In this document: positions 48,877 through 60,767 of the stretch, piece by piece
How the letters are laid out: the number at the start of each line of letters is the position of its first letter
Position numbering within the stretch: position 1 is the stretch's first letter
Assembly (NCBI RefSeq): GCF_963921235.1
Contig: NC_086101.1
Coordinates: forward strand, 1,116,001 to 1,180,000
Direction: 5' to 3'
Length of the DNA stretch: 64,000 nt
From: Mobula hypostoma
Taxonomy: Eukaryota
The notes under the pieces: model-generated
Told to the model about the DNA's origin: nothing
What the model saw: the letters and a program-made list of their open reading frames with translations, nothing else
The model's database searches: none
Position numbers and translations under genes: made by a program

Positions 48877-49306
48877 AAAGCAACACACATCAAAGTTGCT
48901 GGTGAACGCAGCAGGCCAGGCAGCATCTCTAGGAAGAGGTACAGTCGACGTTTCAGGCCAAGGCCCTTCGTCAGGACTAACTGAAGGAAGAGCTAGTAAG
49001 AGATATGAAAGTGGGAGGGGGAGGGAGAGATCGAAAATGATAGGAGAAGACAGGAAGGGGAGGGATGGAGCCAAAAGCTGGACAGGTGATTGGCAAAGGG
49101 GATATGAGAGGATCATGGGACAGGAGGCCTGGGGAGAAAGACAAGGGGCGGGGGAACCTAGAGGATGGGCAAGGGGTAAAGTCAGAGGGACAGAGGGAGA
49201 AAAAGGAGAGTGAGAGAAAGAATGTGTGTGTAAAAATAAATAACGGATGGGGTACGAGGGGGAGGTGGAGCATTAGCGGAAGTTAATGGGGCATTAGCGG
49301 AAGTAG
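48877..49306 (-). mobile_element. Penelope 3' fragment with intact hammerhead (48943-48978)
   Basis: Homologous to 19450-19850; TSD CATCCTTATAA at 48866-48876 and 49307-49317; short duplication (GCATTAGCGGAAGT) at the truncation junction. Confidence 0.88.
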
Positions 49307-52300
49307 CATCCTTATAACTCTCCTCTGCACCCTTTCTATGGTTTCCACATCCTTCCTATACTGAGGCGACCAGAACTGAGCACAGTACTCCAAGTGGGGT
49401 CTGACCAGGGTCCTATATAGCTGCAACATTACCTCTGGGCTATTAAACTCAATCCCACGATTGATGAAGGCCAATACACCGTATGCCTTCTTAACCACAG
49501 ATAAACCTGCACAGCAGCTTTGTGTGTCCTATGGACTCGGACTCCAAGATCCCTCTGATCGTCCACACTGTCAAGAATCTTACCATTAATGCTATATTCT
49601 GCCATCATGTTTGACCTACCAAAATCAACCACCTCACACTTATCTGGGTTGAACTCCATCTGCCACTTCTCAGCCCAGTTTTGCATCCTATCAATGTCCT
49701 GCTGTAACCTCTGGCAGCCCTCCACGTTATCCAGAACACCTCCAACCTTTGTGTGATCAGCAAATTTACTCACCTATCCCTCCACTTCCTCATCCAGGTC
49801 ATTTATAAAAATCACGAACAGTAGGGGTCCCAGAACAGATCCCTGAGGCACACCACTGGTCACCAGCCTCCACGCAGAATATGACCCGTCTACAACCACT
49901 CTTTGCCTTCTGTGGGCAAGCCGGTTCTGGATCCACAAAGCAATTTCCCCTTGGATCCCATGCCTCCTTACTTTCTCAATAAGCCTTGCATGGGGTACCT
50001 TGTCAAATGCCTTGCTGAAATCCATATACACTACATCTACTGTTCTACCATCATCAATGTATTTAGTCACACCTCAGAAAATTCAGTCAGGCTCGTATGG
50101 CATGACCTGCCCTTGACAAAGCCATGCTGACTATTCCTAATCATATTATACCTCTCCAAATGTTCATAAATTCTGCCTCTCAAGATCTTCTCCATCAAGT
50201 TACCAACCACTGAAGTAAGACTCACTGGTCTATAATTTCCTGGGCTATTTCTACTCCCTTTCTTGAATAATGGAACAACATTGGAACCCCCCAATCCTCC
50301 GGAACCTCCTCCATCCCCATTGATGATGCAAAGATCATTGCCAGAGGCTCAGCAATCTCCTCCCTCGCCTCCCACAGCAGCCTGGGGTGCATATCATCCG
50401 GTCCCGGCGACTTATCCAACTTGAGGTTTTCCAAAAGCTCCCCCACATCCTCTTTCTTAATATCTAAATGCTGAAGCTTTTCAGTCCACTATAATTCATC
50501 CCTACAATTGCCAAGATCCCTTTCCGTAGGAATATTGAAGCAAAGTATCCATTAAGTACCTCTGCTATTTCCTCTGGTTCCATACAGACTTTCCCACTGT
50601 CACACTTGATGGGTCCTATTTTCTCACCTCTTATCCTCTTGCTCTTCACATACTTGTAAATTGCTTTGGGGTTTTCCTTAATCCTGTCCACCAAGGTCTT
50701 CTCATGGCCCCTTCTGGCTCGCCTAATTTCTTTCTTGAGCTCCTTCCTGCTAGTGTTATAATCTTCTAGCTCTCTATCATTACCTAGCTTTTTGAACCTT
50801 TTGTAAGCTCTTCTTTTCTTCTTGACTAGATTTACAACAGCCTTTGTACACCACGGTTCCTGTACCCTACCATCCTTTCTCTGTCTCATTGGAACATACC
50901 TATGTAGAACCCCACGCAAATATCCCGGAACATTTGCCACATTTCTGCCATACATTTCCCTGAGGACATCTGTTCCCAATTTATGCTTCCAAGTTCCTGC
51001 CTGATAGCTTCATATTTCCCCTCACTCCAATTAAATGTTTTCCTAACTTGTCTGCTCCTATCACTCTCCAATGCTATGGTAAAGGAGGTAGAATTGTGAT
51101 CACTATCTGCAAAATACTCTCCCCCTGAGAGACCTGACACCTGACCAGGTTCATTTCCCAATACCAGATCAAGTACAACCTCTCCTCTTGTAGGCTAATC
51201 TACATATTGTGTCAAGGAACCTTCCTGAACACACCTAACAAACTACACCCCATCTAAACCCCCCACTCTAGGGACATGCCAATGGATATTTGGGAAATTA
51301 ACATCTCCCACCACGACAACCTCGTTATTATTACACCTTTCCATAATCTGTCTCCCTATCTGCTCCTTGACATCCCTGTTACTATTGGGTGGTCTGTAAA
51401 AAAACCCAGTAGAGTTTTTTACTCATTCCTGTTCCTAACTTTAACCCACAGAGTCTCCATGTCTTCCTGCTTTTCTATGGCTGTGACACTATCTCTGATC
51501 AACAGTGCCACACCCCCACCACTTTCGCCTCCCTCCCTGTCCTTTCTGAAACATCTAAAGCCTGGCACTCAAAGTAACCATTCCTGCCCCTGAGCCATCC
51601 AAGTCTCTGTAATGGCCACAACATCATAGCTCCAAGTGCTGATCCATGCCCTAAGCTCATCCGCTTTCTTCATAATATCCTTGCATTAAAATAGACACAT
51701 CTCAAACCATCGGTCTGAGCGTGTCGCTTCTTTCTCACCTGCCTATCCTCCCTCTCGCACCGTCTCCAAGCTTTCTTTATTTGTGAGCCAACAGCCTCTT
51801 CCTCCGTCTCTTCAGTTTGATTCCCACCCCCCAGCAATCCTAGTTTAAACCATCCCCAATAGCCTTAGCAAATCTCCCCGCCAGGATATTGGTCCCCCTG
51901 GGGTTCAAGTGCAACCTGTCCTTTTTGTACAGGTCACACCTGCCCCAGAAGAGGTTCCAATGATCCAGAAATCTGAATCCCTGCCCCCTGCTCCAATCCC
52001 TCAGCCACACATTTATCCTCCACCTCACTGTATTCCTATACTCACTGTCACGTGGCACAGGCCGTAATCCTGTTGTTTCTTAAAGATTTCCAACAGATCT
52101 GTCAGGTAAGATTTTCCCTTGAGGAAACCATGCTGACTACGGCCTGTCTGACCATTTGCCTCCAAGTATCCTGAGACCTCATCCTTAATAATCGATTCCA
52201 AAATCTTACCAACCACTGAGGTCAGACTAATTGGCATATAACTTCCTTTTCTCTTCCTCTTTCTGCTCTTGAAAAGTGGAGTGACACTTGCAAATTTCCA

Positions 52301-53056
52301 GTCTTTCAAAACCATTCCAGAACCTAGTGATTCCTGAAAGATCATTACTAATACCTCCACAATCTCTTCAGCCACCTCTTTCCTGGCTGTACATTTTCTG
52401 GTCCAAATGACTTATCTATCTCAGTCCTTTCAGTTTCCCAGTAACCTTTCCCTAGTATAGGCAACTTCACACACTCTGACCCCGGCACTCACAAACTTCT
52501 AGCATTTTGCTAATGCCTCCCGCGGTGAAGACTGATGAAAAATACTTATTCACTTCATTTGCCATTTATAAATAAATATAAAAGAAACGTTTGATAGCTC
52601 TGAGTCTGTACTCACTGGAATCCAGAAAGATGAGGGGGGCTCTCATTGAAAACTTACGAATGTTGAAAGGCCTAGACCAAGTAGATGTAGAAAGGATATT
52701 TCCCATGATGGGAGAGTCTAGGACAAGAGGACACAGCCTCAGGATAGAGGGATGCCCTTTCAAAACAGAAATGCGAAGCAATTTCTTTAGCGAAAGGGTG
52801 ATGAATTTGTGGAAGTTGTTGCCACATGCACCTGTGGAGGCCAGGTCGTTGGGTGAGATTGATAAGTTCTTGATTGGACGTGGCATCAAAGGTTATGGGG
52901 AGAAGGCCGGGAACTGGGGTTAAAGAGGAGAAAAGAAAAGGATCAGCCATGATTGAATGGTGGAGCAGACTCGATGGGTCAGATGACCTAATTCTGCTCC
53001 TATGTGTTAAGGTCTTATGGTCTAAATATTTACTGAATTCTTACATTTAATTTCAG

Positions 53057-53191
53057 TACCATTGCGTGAAAACCCAGACATCTATGGGCGCCTTGGATAT
53101 GGTGGTTATCTGGGATATATTGGGTACATAATCCTCATTATGTTGTGCTGCCAGAGGAAGAAACAAGCAAAGAAGTTGTCAACAGAGAGTG
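53057..53191 (+). CDS. Transmembrane exon of the same receptor
   Basis: Acceptor tttaatttcag| and donor G|gtaaga; 135 nt, phase 1-1. (L)PLRENPDIYGR-LGYGGYLGYIGYIILIMLCC-QRKKQAKKLSTES: a 20-residue uncharged segment followed by a basic stop-transfer cluster. Too short to appear in the ORF track. Confidence 0.8.
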
Positions 53192-53410
53192 GTAAGAACA
53201 CAGCAGAAGATGTGGACTAAGTGCATTTGTACTGCATGGAGAAAAGCCCCTGTGATCCTGCTTGTCCATGCTGAACAAGTTGACCACCTGAGCTGGCCCC
53301 ATTTACCTGAATTTGGCTCATATCCCTCTAAATTTTTCCTCTTCATATACATGTCCAAATGTCCTTTAAACTCTGCATTTGTGCCTCTCTTGACCACTTC
53401 ATCAAGCAGC

Positions 53411-54394
53411 TGGTGCACCTCAGGGGTGTGTGCTTAGCAGCTGCTCTACTCTCTGTATACACATGACTGTGTGGCTAGGCATAGCTCAAATACCATTTAT
53501 AAATTTGCTGTCGATACAACCATTGTTGGTAGAATCTCAGATGGTGACAAGAGGGCGTACAGGAATGAGATATCCCAACTCGTATAGTGGTGTCGTAGCA
53601 ACAACCTGGCACTCAACATCAGTAAGATGAAAGAGCTGATTGAGGACTTCAGGAAGGGTAAGACGAAGGAACACATACCAATCCTGATAGAGGGATCAGA
53701 AGTGGAGAGAGTGAGCAGTTTCAAGTTCCTTGGTGTCAAGATCTCTGAGGATCTAAACTGGTCCCAACATATCGATGCAGTTATAAAGAAGGCAAGACGA
53801 GTGACTATACTTCATTTGGAGTTTGAAGAGTTTTAGTATGTCAACAAATACACTCAAAAACTTCTATAGTTGTACCGTGGAGAGCATTCTGACAGGCTGC
53901 ATCACTGTCTGGTATGGAGGGGCTACTGCACAGGACCGAAAGAAGCTGCAGAGGGTTGTAAATCTAGTCAGCTCCATCTTGGGTACTAGCCTACAAAGTA
54001 TCCAGGACATCTTCAGGGAGCAGGGTCTGAGAAAGGCAGCGTCCATTATTAAGGACCTCCAGCACCCAGGACATGCCCTTTTCTCACTGTTACCATCAGG
54101 GAGGAGGTACAGAAGCCTGAAGGCACACACTCAGTGATTCAGGAACAGCTTCTTCCCCTCTGCCATCTGATTCCTAAATGGACATTGAACCCATGAATAC
54201 TACCTCTCTTTTTTAATATATATTATTTCTGCTTTTTGCAGGACATTTAATCTATTCAATCTATGTATACTGCAATTTATTTATTTATTTATTTATTTCT
54301 TCCATATTGTGTATTGCATTGACCTGCTGCTGCTAAGTTAACAAATTTCACAACACATGCCGGTGATAATAAACCTGATTCTCATTCTGATTCT
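53411..54394 (+). mobile_element. Rex1/Babar 3' fragment
   Basis: GAPQGCV..FKFLGVKISEDLNWSQH..VESILTGCITVWYG..LLPSGRRYRSL; TTCTGA-type tail. Confidence 0.85.
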
Positions 54395-54714
54395 GGTTTT
54401 AGATACCCACCGCCCTCTGTATGAAAAACTTGCTACTCAGATCCCCATCAATCTTTCCACCCTTATCTTAAATCTAAATCCCTAAAGTTTTAGACTCTCC
54501 CTGCCCTGGGAATAAGTCTGTGACAATTCAGCTAATCTTTGCCACTCATAATTTTATAAATATCTGTAAGGTCACCCTTCAGACTCCTATGCTCCAGGCA
54601 AATAGACCCTCGCCTATCTGGTCTCTCCTTATAATTCAAGATCTCTGTTTTGGTAACGTCTTTATGAATTTTCTTCATCCTTTCCAGTTTAGTAGCATAC
54701 TTGCTATAGCTAGG

Positions 54715-56238
54715 CACAGAGCTGGGTCCCGCAAGGGTCCAGGTACCACATGATGACCGGTGGTGTGTACTGGTCACACAGAGCTGGGTCCCGTGAGGGT
54801 CCAGGTACCACGTGATGACCGGTGGTGTGTACTGGTCACACAGAGCTGGGTCCCGTGAGGGTCCAGGTACCATGTGATGACCGGTGTGAGGGTCCAGGTA
54901 CCACGTGATGACCGGTGGTGTGTACCGGTCACACAGAGCTGGGTCCCGTGAGGGTCCAGGTACCACGTGATGACCGGTGGTGTGTACCGGTCACACAGAG
55001 CTGGGTCCCGTGAGGGTCCAGGTACCACGTGATGACCGGTGGTGTGTACCGGTCACACAGAGCTGGGTCCCGTGAGGGTCCAGGTACCACGTGATGACCG
55101 GTGGTGTGTACCGGTCACACAGAGCTGGGTCCCGTGAGGGTCCAGGTACCATGTGATGACCGGTGTGAGGGTCCAGGTACCACGTGATGACCGGTGGTGT
55201 GTACTGGTCACACAGAGCTGGGTCCCGTGAGGGTCCAGGTACCATGTGATGACCGGTGTGAGGGTCCAGGTACCACGTGATGACCGGTGGTGTGTACTGG
55301 TCACACAGAGCTGGGTCCCGTGAGGGTCCAGGTACCACGTGATGACCGGTGGTGTGTACTGGTCACACAGAGCTGGGTCCCGTGAGGGTCCAGGTACCAC
55401 GTGATGACCGGTGGTGTGTACTGGTCACACAGAGCTGGGTCCCGTGAGGGTCCAGGTACCATGTGATGACCGGTGTGAGGGTCCAGGTACCACGTGATGA
55501 CCGGTGGTGTGTACTGGTCACACAGAGCTGGGTCCCGTGAGGGTCCAGGTACCATGTGATGACCGGTGTGAGGGTCCAGGTACCACGTGATGACCGGTGG
55601 TGTGTACTGGTCACACAGAGCTGGGTCCCGTGAGGGTCCAGGTACCAAGTGATGACCGGTGGTGTGTACTGGTCACACAGAGCTGGGTCCCGTGAGGGTC
55701 CAGGTACCACGTGATGACCGGTGGTGTGTACTGGTCACACAGAGCTGGGTCCCGTGAGGGTCCAGGTACCATGTGATGACCGGTGTGAGGGTCCAGGTAC
55801 CACGTGATGACCGGTGGTGTGTACTGGTCACACAGAGCTGGGTCCCGTGAGGGTCCAGGTACCACGTGATGACCGGTGGTGTGTACCGGTCACACAGAGC
55901 TGGGTCCCGTGAGGGTCCAGGTACCACGTGATGACCGGTGGTGTGTACCGGTCACACAGAGCTGGGTCCCGTGAGGGTCCAGGTACCACGTGATGACCGG
56001 TGGTGTGTACTGGTCACACAGAGCTGGGGTCCGTGAGGGTCCAGGTACCATGTGATGACCGGTGTGAGGGTCCAGGTACCACGTGATGACCGGTGGTGTG
56101 TACCGGTCACACAGAGCTGGGTTCCGTGAGGGTCCAGGTACCACGTGATGACCGGTGGTGTGTACCGGTCACACAGAGCTGGGGTCCGTGAGGGTCCAGG
56201 TACCACGTGATGACCGGTGGTGCGTACTGGTCACACAG
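54715..56238. repeat. 62-bp minisatellite with interspersed 31-bp half units
   Basis: Unit CACAGAGCTGGGTCCCGTGAGGGTCCAGGTACCACGTGATGACCGGTGGTGTGTACTGGTCA, near-identical copies over ~1.5 kb. Confidence 0.97.
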
Positions 56239-56309
56239 TCTACATGATTGTGGTTCACATTCTCCAGTTCAATTCATCATCTTACACTTATCTTTTGATT
56301 TTGTTTCAG

Positions 56310-56416
56310 AAACAATTTATGAAAACAGCTATTTCAGCAAACAGATGGCTCTCTCCAGCATGCACGACACCAAGATTTTGAGCAACAAACCAAAGAGCAA
56401 GCAAAGCATACTATAA
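56310..56416 (+). CDS. Last coding exon (cytoplasmic tail) of the same receptor
   Basis: Acceptor ttttgattttgtttcag|; phase 1 joins in frame to give ETIYENSYFSKQMALSSMHDTKILSNKPKSKQSIL*, stop TAA 56414-56416. AATAAA downstream at 56707. Confidence 0.72.
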
Positions 56417-56706
56417 AGCAACCACGTTTTCTCAGATCATGCTATTAAGGTACGGTTTGGACCGCTACTTGGCTTAATTTGCGGTACAGAGATGAACATA
56501 TGCCAATCATTACTGAAAACTCGAGGTTTGATTCTTTCAGCTCACATTACTTGATGCATAATGCCTGTCAACATATGGCCTTACTCCAATCAAAGGAACT
56601 TTAGATATTGTGAATTTGACAGAAAAGCAGAAAATTCTACAAAACTGTAGACACCATGGTTTATGCTATTGCAAATTACATTCCCTTAATTAGAATTTAT
56701 TCAACT

Positions 56707-56712
56707 AATAAA
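56707..56712 (+). promoter_or_regulatory. Candidate polyadenylation signal of the Ig receptor gene
   Basis: AATAAA ~290 nt after the stop codon, in unique AT-rich sequence. Confidence 0.4.
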
Positions 56713-56929
56713 ACTGCAAAAATAAGTTAGTGACCAACAAGATTCTATGATTGTGGTGTTTGTTAAGACTTTAAAGATCGGAGTGGAATTCGGTCATTCG
56801 GCCCAAACTCCTGCCTACTCCCTGTGACACTTGACAGCCTTACTGATCAACCTCCGCTGTAATGACTTGGCCTCCACAGCTGCCTGTGACAATGAATTCC
56901 ACAGATTCACCACACTCTGGCTAAAGAAA

Positions 56930-59900
56930 TTAGAACATAGAAATCTACAGCACATTATATGTCCTTCGGCCCACAATGTTGTGCCAACCATGTAACCTAC
57001 TCTAGAAACTGCCTAGAATTTCCCTAGCGCAAAGCCCTCTATCTTTCTAAGCTCCATGTACCTATCTAAGAGCCTCTTAAAAGACGCTATTGGATCCACC
57101 TCAACCATGCACCCAACACTTACTGTGTGAAAAGCTTACCTCTGATATTCCCCCTTGTACCTACTTCCAAGCACCTTAAAACTATGTCCCTTGTGCTGGC
57201 CATTTCAGTTCTGGGAAAAAGCCTCTGGCTATCCACATGATCAATGCCTCATCATCTTATACACCTCAGTCAGGTCACTTCTCATCCTCCATCGCTCCGA
57301 AGAGACAAGGCCAAGTTTACTCAATGTATTCTCATAAGCCATGCTCTCCAATCCAGGCAAAATCCTTGTAAGTTCCCTCTGAACTCTCTCTTCCACATCC
57401 TTCCTGTAGTGAGGGGACCAGAACTGAACACAGTACTCTGTGGGGCTAACTGAGATGTCAAATAGCTGTAACATTACCTCATGGCTCTTGAACTCAATCA
57501 CATGGTTGATGAATGCCAACACACCATACGCCTTCTTAACAACACTGTCAACCTGTGCAGCAGCTTTGAGTGTCTTATGGACATGAACCCCAAGATTTCT
57601 CTGATCTTCCACACTGCCAAGAGTCTTACCATTAATATTATATTCCGTTTTCAAATTTGACCTACCAAAATGAACCACTTCATATTTGTCTGGGTTGAAT
57701 TCCGTCTGCCACTTCTCAGCCCATTTCTGCATCCTATCAATGTCCTGCTATAACCTTTGACAACCCTCCAGACTATCCACAACACCCCAAACTTTTGTGT
57801 CATTAGCAAATTTACTAACCCACCCCCATCCTTTTACATCCGCGTCCAGGTCATTTATAAAAATCACAACAGCAGGGGTCCCAGAACAGATCCCTGCAGA
57901 ACACTACTGGTCACCGACCTCCATGCAGAATACAAACTACCCACAACCACCCTTTGCCTTCTGTGGGCAAGCCAGTTCTGGATCCACAAAGCAAGGTCTC
58001 CTTAGATCCCATGCCTCATTACTTTCTGAATGAGCCTCGCGTGCGGAACCTTATCAAATGTCTTACTGAAATGCATCCACCGCTCTAACTTCATTAATGT
58101 GTTTTGTTACATCCTCAAAGAATTCAGTCAGGCTTGTAAGGCATGACCTGCCCTTGACAAAGCCATGCTGACTATCCCTAATCAGATTATGTCTCCAAAT
58201 GCTCATAAATCCTGCCCCTCAGGATCTTCTCCAACAACTTTCCCACCACTGAAGTAAGACTCACTGGTCTATAATTTTCTGGGTTATCTCTACTCCCTTT
58301 CTTGAACAAAGGAACAACATTTGCAAGCCTCCAATCTCTGGTAATTCTCCCGTCCCTATTAATGATGCAAATATCATCACCAGCAATTATCTCTCTTGCA
58401 TCGCACAGTAGTCTGGGGTATATCTCATCTAGAGCCGGCAATTTATCTAACTTAATGCTTTTCAAAAGCTCCAGCACATCCTCTTTTTTAATGTCTACAT
58501 GCTCAACCATTTCAGTCCGCTGTATGTCTTCCCCACAACTGCCAATGTCCTTTTCCCTGGTGAATACTGAAGCAAAGTATTAATTCAGAATCTCTGCTAC
58601 CTCCTCCGACTGCATGCACAGATTTCCACTGTCGCACCTGATTGGTCCTATTCTCACACGGTTCATCCTCTTGCTCTTCACATACTTGTAGAATGCCTTG
58701 GTGTTTTCCTTAATCCCACTCACCAAGGCCTTCTCATGGCCCCTTCTGGCTCTCCTAATTTCATTCTTAAGCTCCTTCCCGGCACCTTGTAATTTTCTAG
58801 AGCTCTAACAGTACCTAGTTTCTTGAATCCTTCATAAGCTTTTCTCTTCTTCTTAACGAGATTTTTTACATCCTTTGTACACCATGGTTCTTTTACCCTA
58901 CCATCCTTTCTGTGCCTCAAATGCAGAGCATTTCAGAAATTTATTACCTTCTGGCTAAAAAAAAATTCCTCCATACTTCTGTCATAAAGGTCACCCCTCA
59001 ATTTTGAGGCTGTGCCCTCTAGTTCTGGATACCCCCACCATAGGATACATCCTCTTCACATGCACCCTATCTAGTCCTTTCAACATTTGGTAGATCTCTT
59101 TGAGATCCCCCCGCATTCTTCTAAATTCCAGTGAGTACAGGCCCAAAGCTGCCAAACACTCCTCATGTGTTAACCCCTTCATTCCCAGAATTATCCTCAT
59201 GAACCTCCTCTGGACTCCCTCCAATGACAACACATCCTGTCCGAGATATGGGGCCCAAAACTGTTGACAATATTCAAAGTGTGGACTGGCTAGTGTCTTA
59301 TAAAGGCTTAGCATTATCTCCTTGCTTTTATATTCTATCCCCCTTGAAATAAATACCAACATTGCATTTGCCTGCTTTACCACAGACTCAACCTGTAAAT
59401 TAACCTTCAGGGAGTCTTGCACGAGGACTCCTAAGTCCCTCTGCACCTCTCCCCATTTAGAATATACTCCGCACTATTGTTCCTTTTACAAAAATGCATT
59501 ATCATACATTTCCCAGCACTGTATCCCACCGGCCGCATTTTTGCCTATTCTTCCAATTTGTCTAAGTCCTGCTGCAATCGCATTGCTTCCTCAGCACTAC
59601 GTAACTCTCCATCTAACTTTGTATCATCCACAAATTTGCCACAAAACTATCAATTCCATTATCCAAATTACTGACAAACAATGTGAAAAGCAGCAGACCC
59701 TACACTGATCCCTGAGGAACACCACTAGACATCGGCAGCTAAACTGCAAAGGCACCTTTTATTCCTACTCACTGCCTCCTGTCTGTCAGCCATTCCACTC
59801 TCCATGCCAGTATCTTTCCTATAACTCCAGAAGATTTTATGTTGTTAAGCAGCCACATGTGTGGCACCCTATCAAACACCTTCTGAAAATCCAAGTACCT

Positions 59901-60455
59901 GTAGATGACATCCACTGTCTCTCCTTCGTCCATTCTGCTTGTTACTTCCTTGAAGAACTCTAACAGATTTGTCAGGCAAGATTTCCCTTTTACAGAAACC
60001 ATGCTAACCTTGACTTATTTTATCGTTAGTCTCTGATTACCCCTGAAACCACTGAGGTTAGGCTAACTGGCCTATTGTTTGCTTTCTTTTGCCTTCCTCC
60101 CTTCTTAAAGAGTGGAGGGACATTTGCAATTCTCTAGATCCATGCCTGAATCAAGTGATTCTTGAAAGATCATGTACAATGCATTTGTTATCTCTTCAGT
60201 GACCTCTCTCAGGTCTCTGGGATGTAGTCCTTCTGTTCCATTCTCCAAGCAACTCGAAACCTCATCCTTAACAATAGACTCCAACGCTTTCCCAGTCACT
60301 GAGGTTAAACTAACTGGCCTATCATTTCCCTTCTTTTGCCTTCCTCCCTTCTTAAAGTGTGGAGCGGCATTTGCAATCTTCCAGTCCTCTGGGTCCGTGC
60401 CATCATCAGGTGATTCTTGAAAGATAATGCCCAATGCATCTATTATCTCTTCAAC
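56930..60455 (-). mobile_element. Two minus-strand CR1 ORF2 fragments
   Basis: NYRPVSLTS, KWQTEFNPDK, HFEYCQQFWAP motifs. Confidence 0.8.
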
Positions 60456-60464
60456 ATTATACAC

Positions 60465-60735
60465 TTTGGTTCAGAAGCCTGTTGGTTGAGGGGTAATAGC
60501 TGTTCCTGAACCTGGTGGCAAGAGTCCTGTGGCTCCCGTGCCTCCTTCCTGATGTAGCGGCGAGAAGAGAGCATGGCTTGGATTGTGGGAGTCCTTGATG
60601 ATACCGCTTTCCTGTGGCAGCATTCGGTACTGTGATGGGATCCTGAATTACCCCTATGAACTGTGCTCGTTTACCCCCATTAACTGTGCTTTTGAAAAGA
60701 GAGAGAGAGAGTTATTTAACACCAACAACTTGTTT

Positions 60736-60767
<32 letters not shown>

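Larger units (their letters stand above)
47295..53025. mobile_element. CR1 cluster including a near-complete minus-strand ORF2 (48440-52065)
   Basis: APE, RT and ORF1-end motifs on the minus strand; CR1 3' end on + at 52590-53025. Confidence 0.8.

Noticed and set aside
54715..56238. CRISPR-like array, or the repetitive ORFs (MVPGPSRDPALC...)
   Set aside because: Units are contiguous with no unique spacers, there are no cas genes and the context is eukaryotic. The ORFs are frame-cycling by-products of a 62-bp unit.
28304..56416. Assigning a gene symbol such as HEPACAM2, CD2 or a SLAMF member
   Set aside because: The architecture is compatible with several families; orthology cannot be established without searches.
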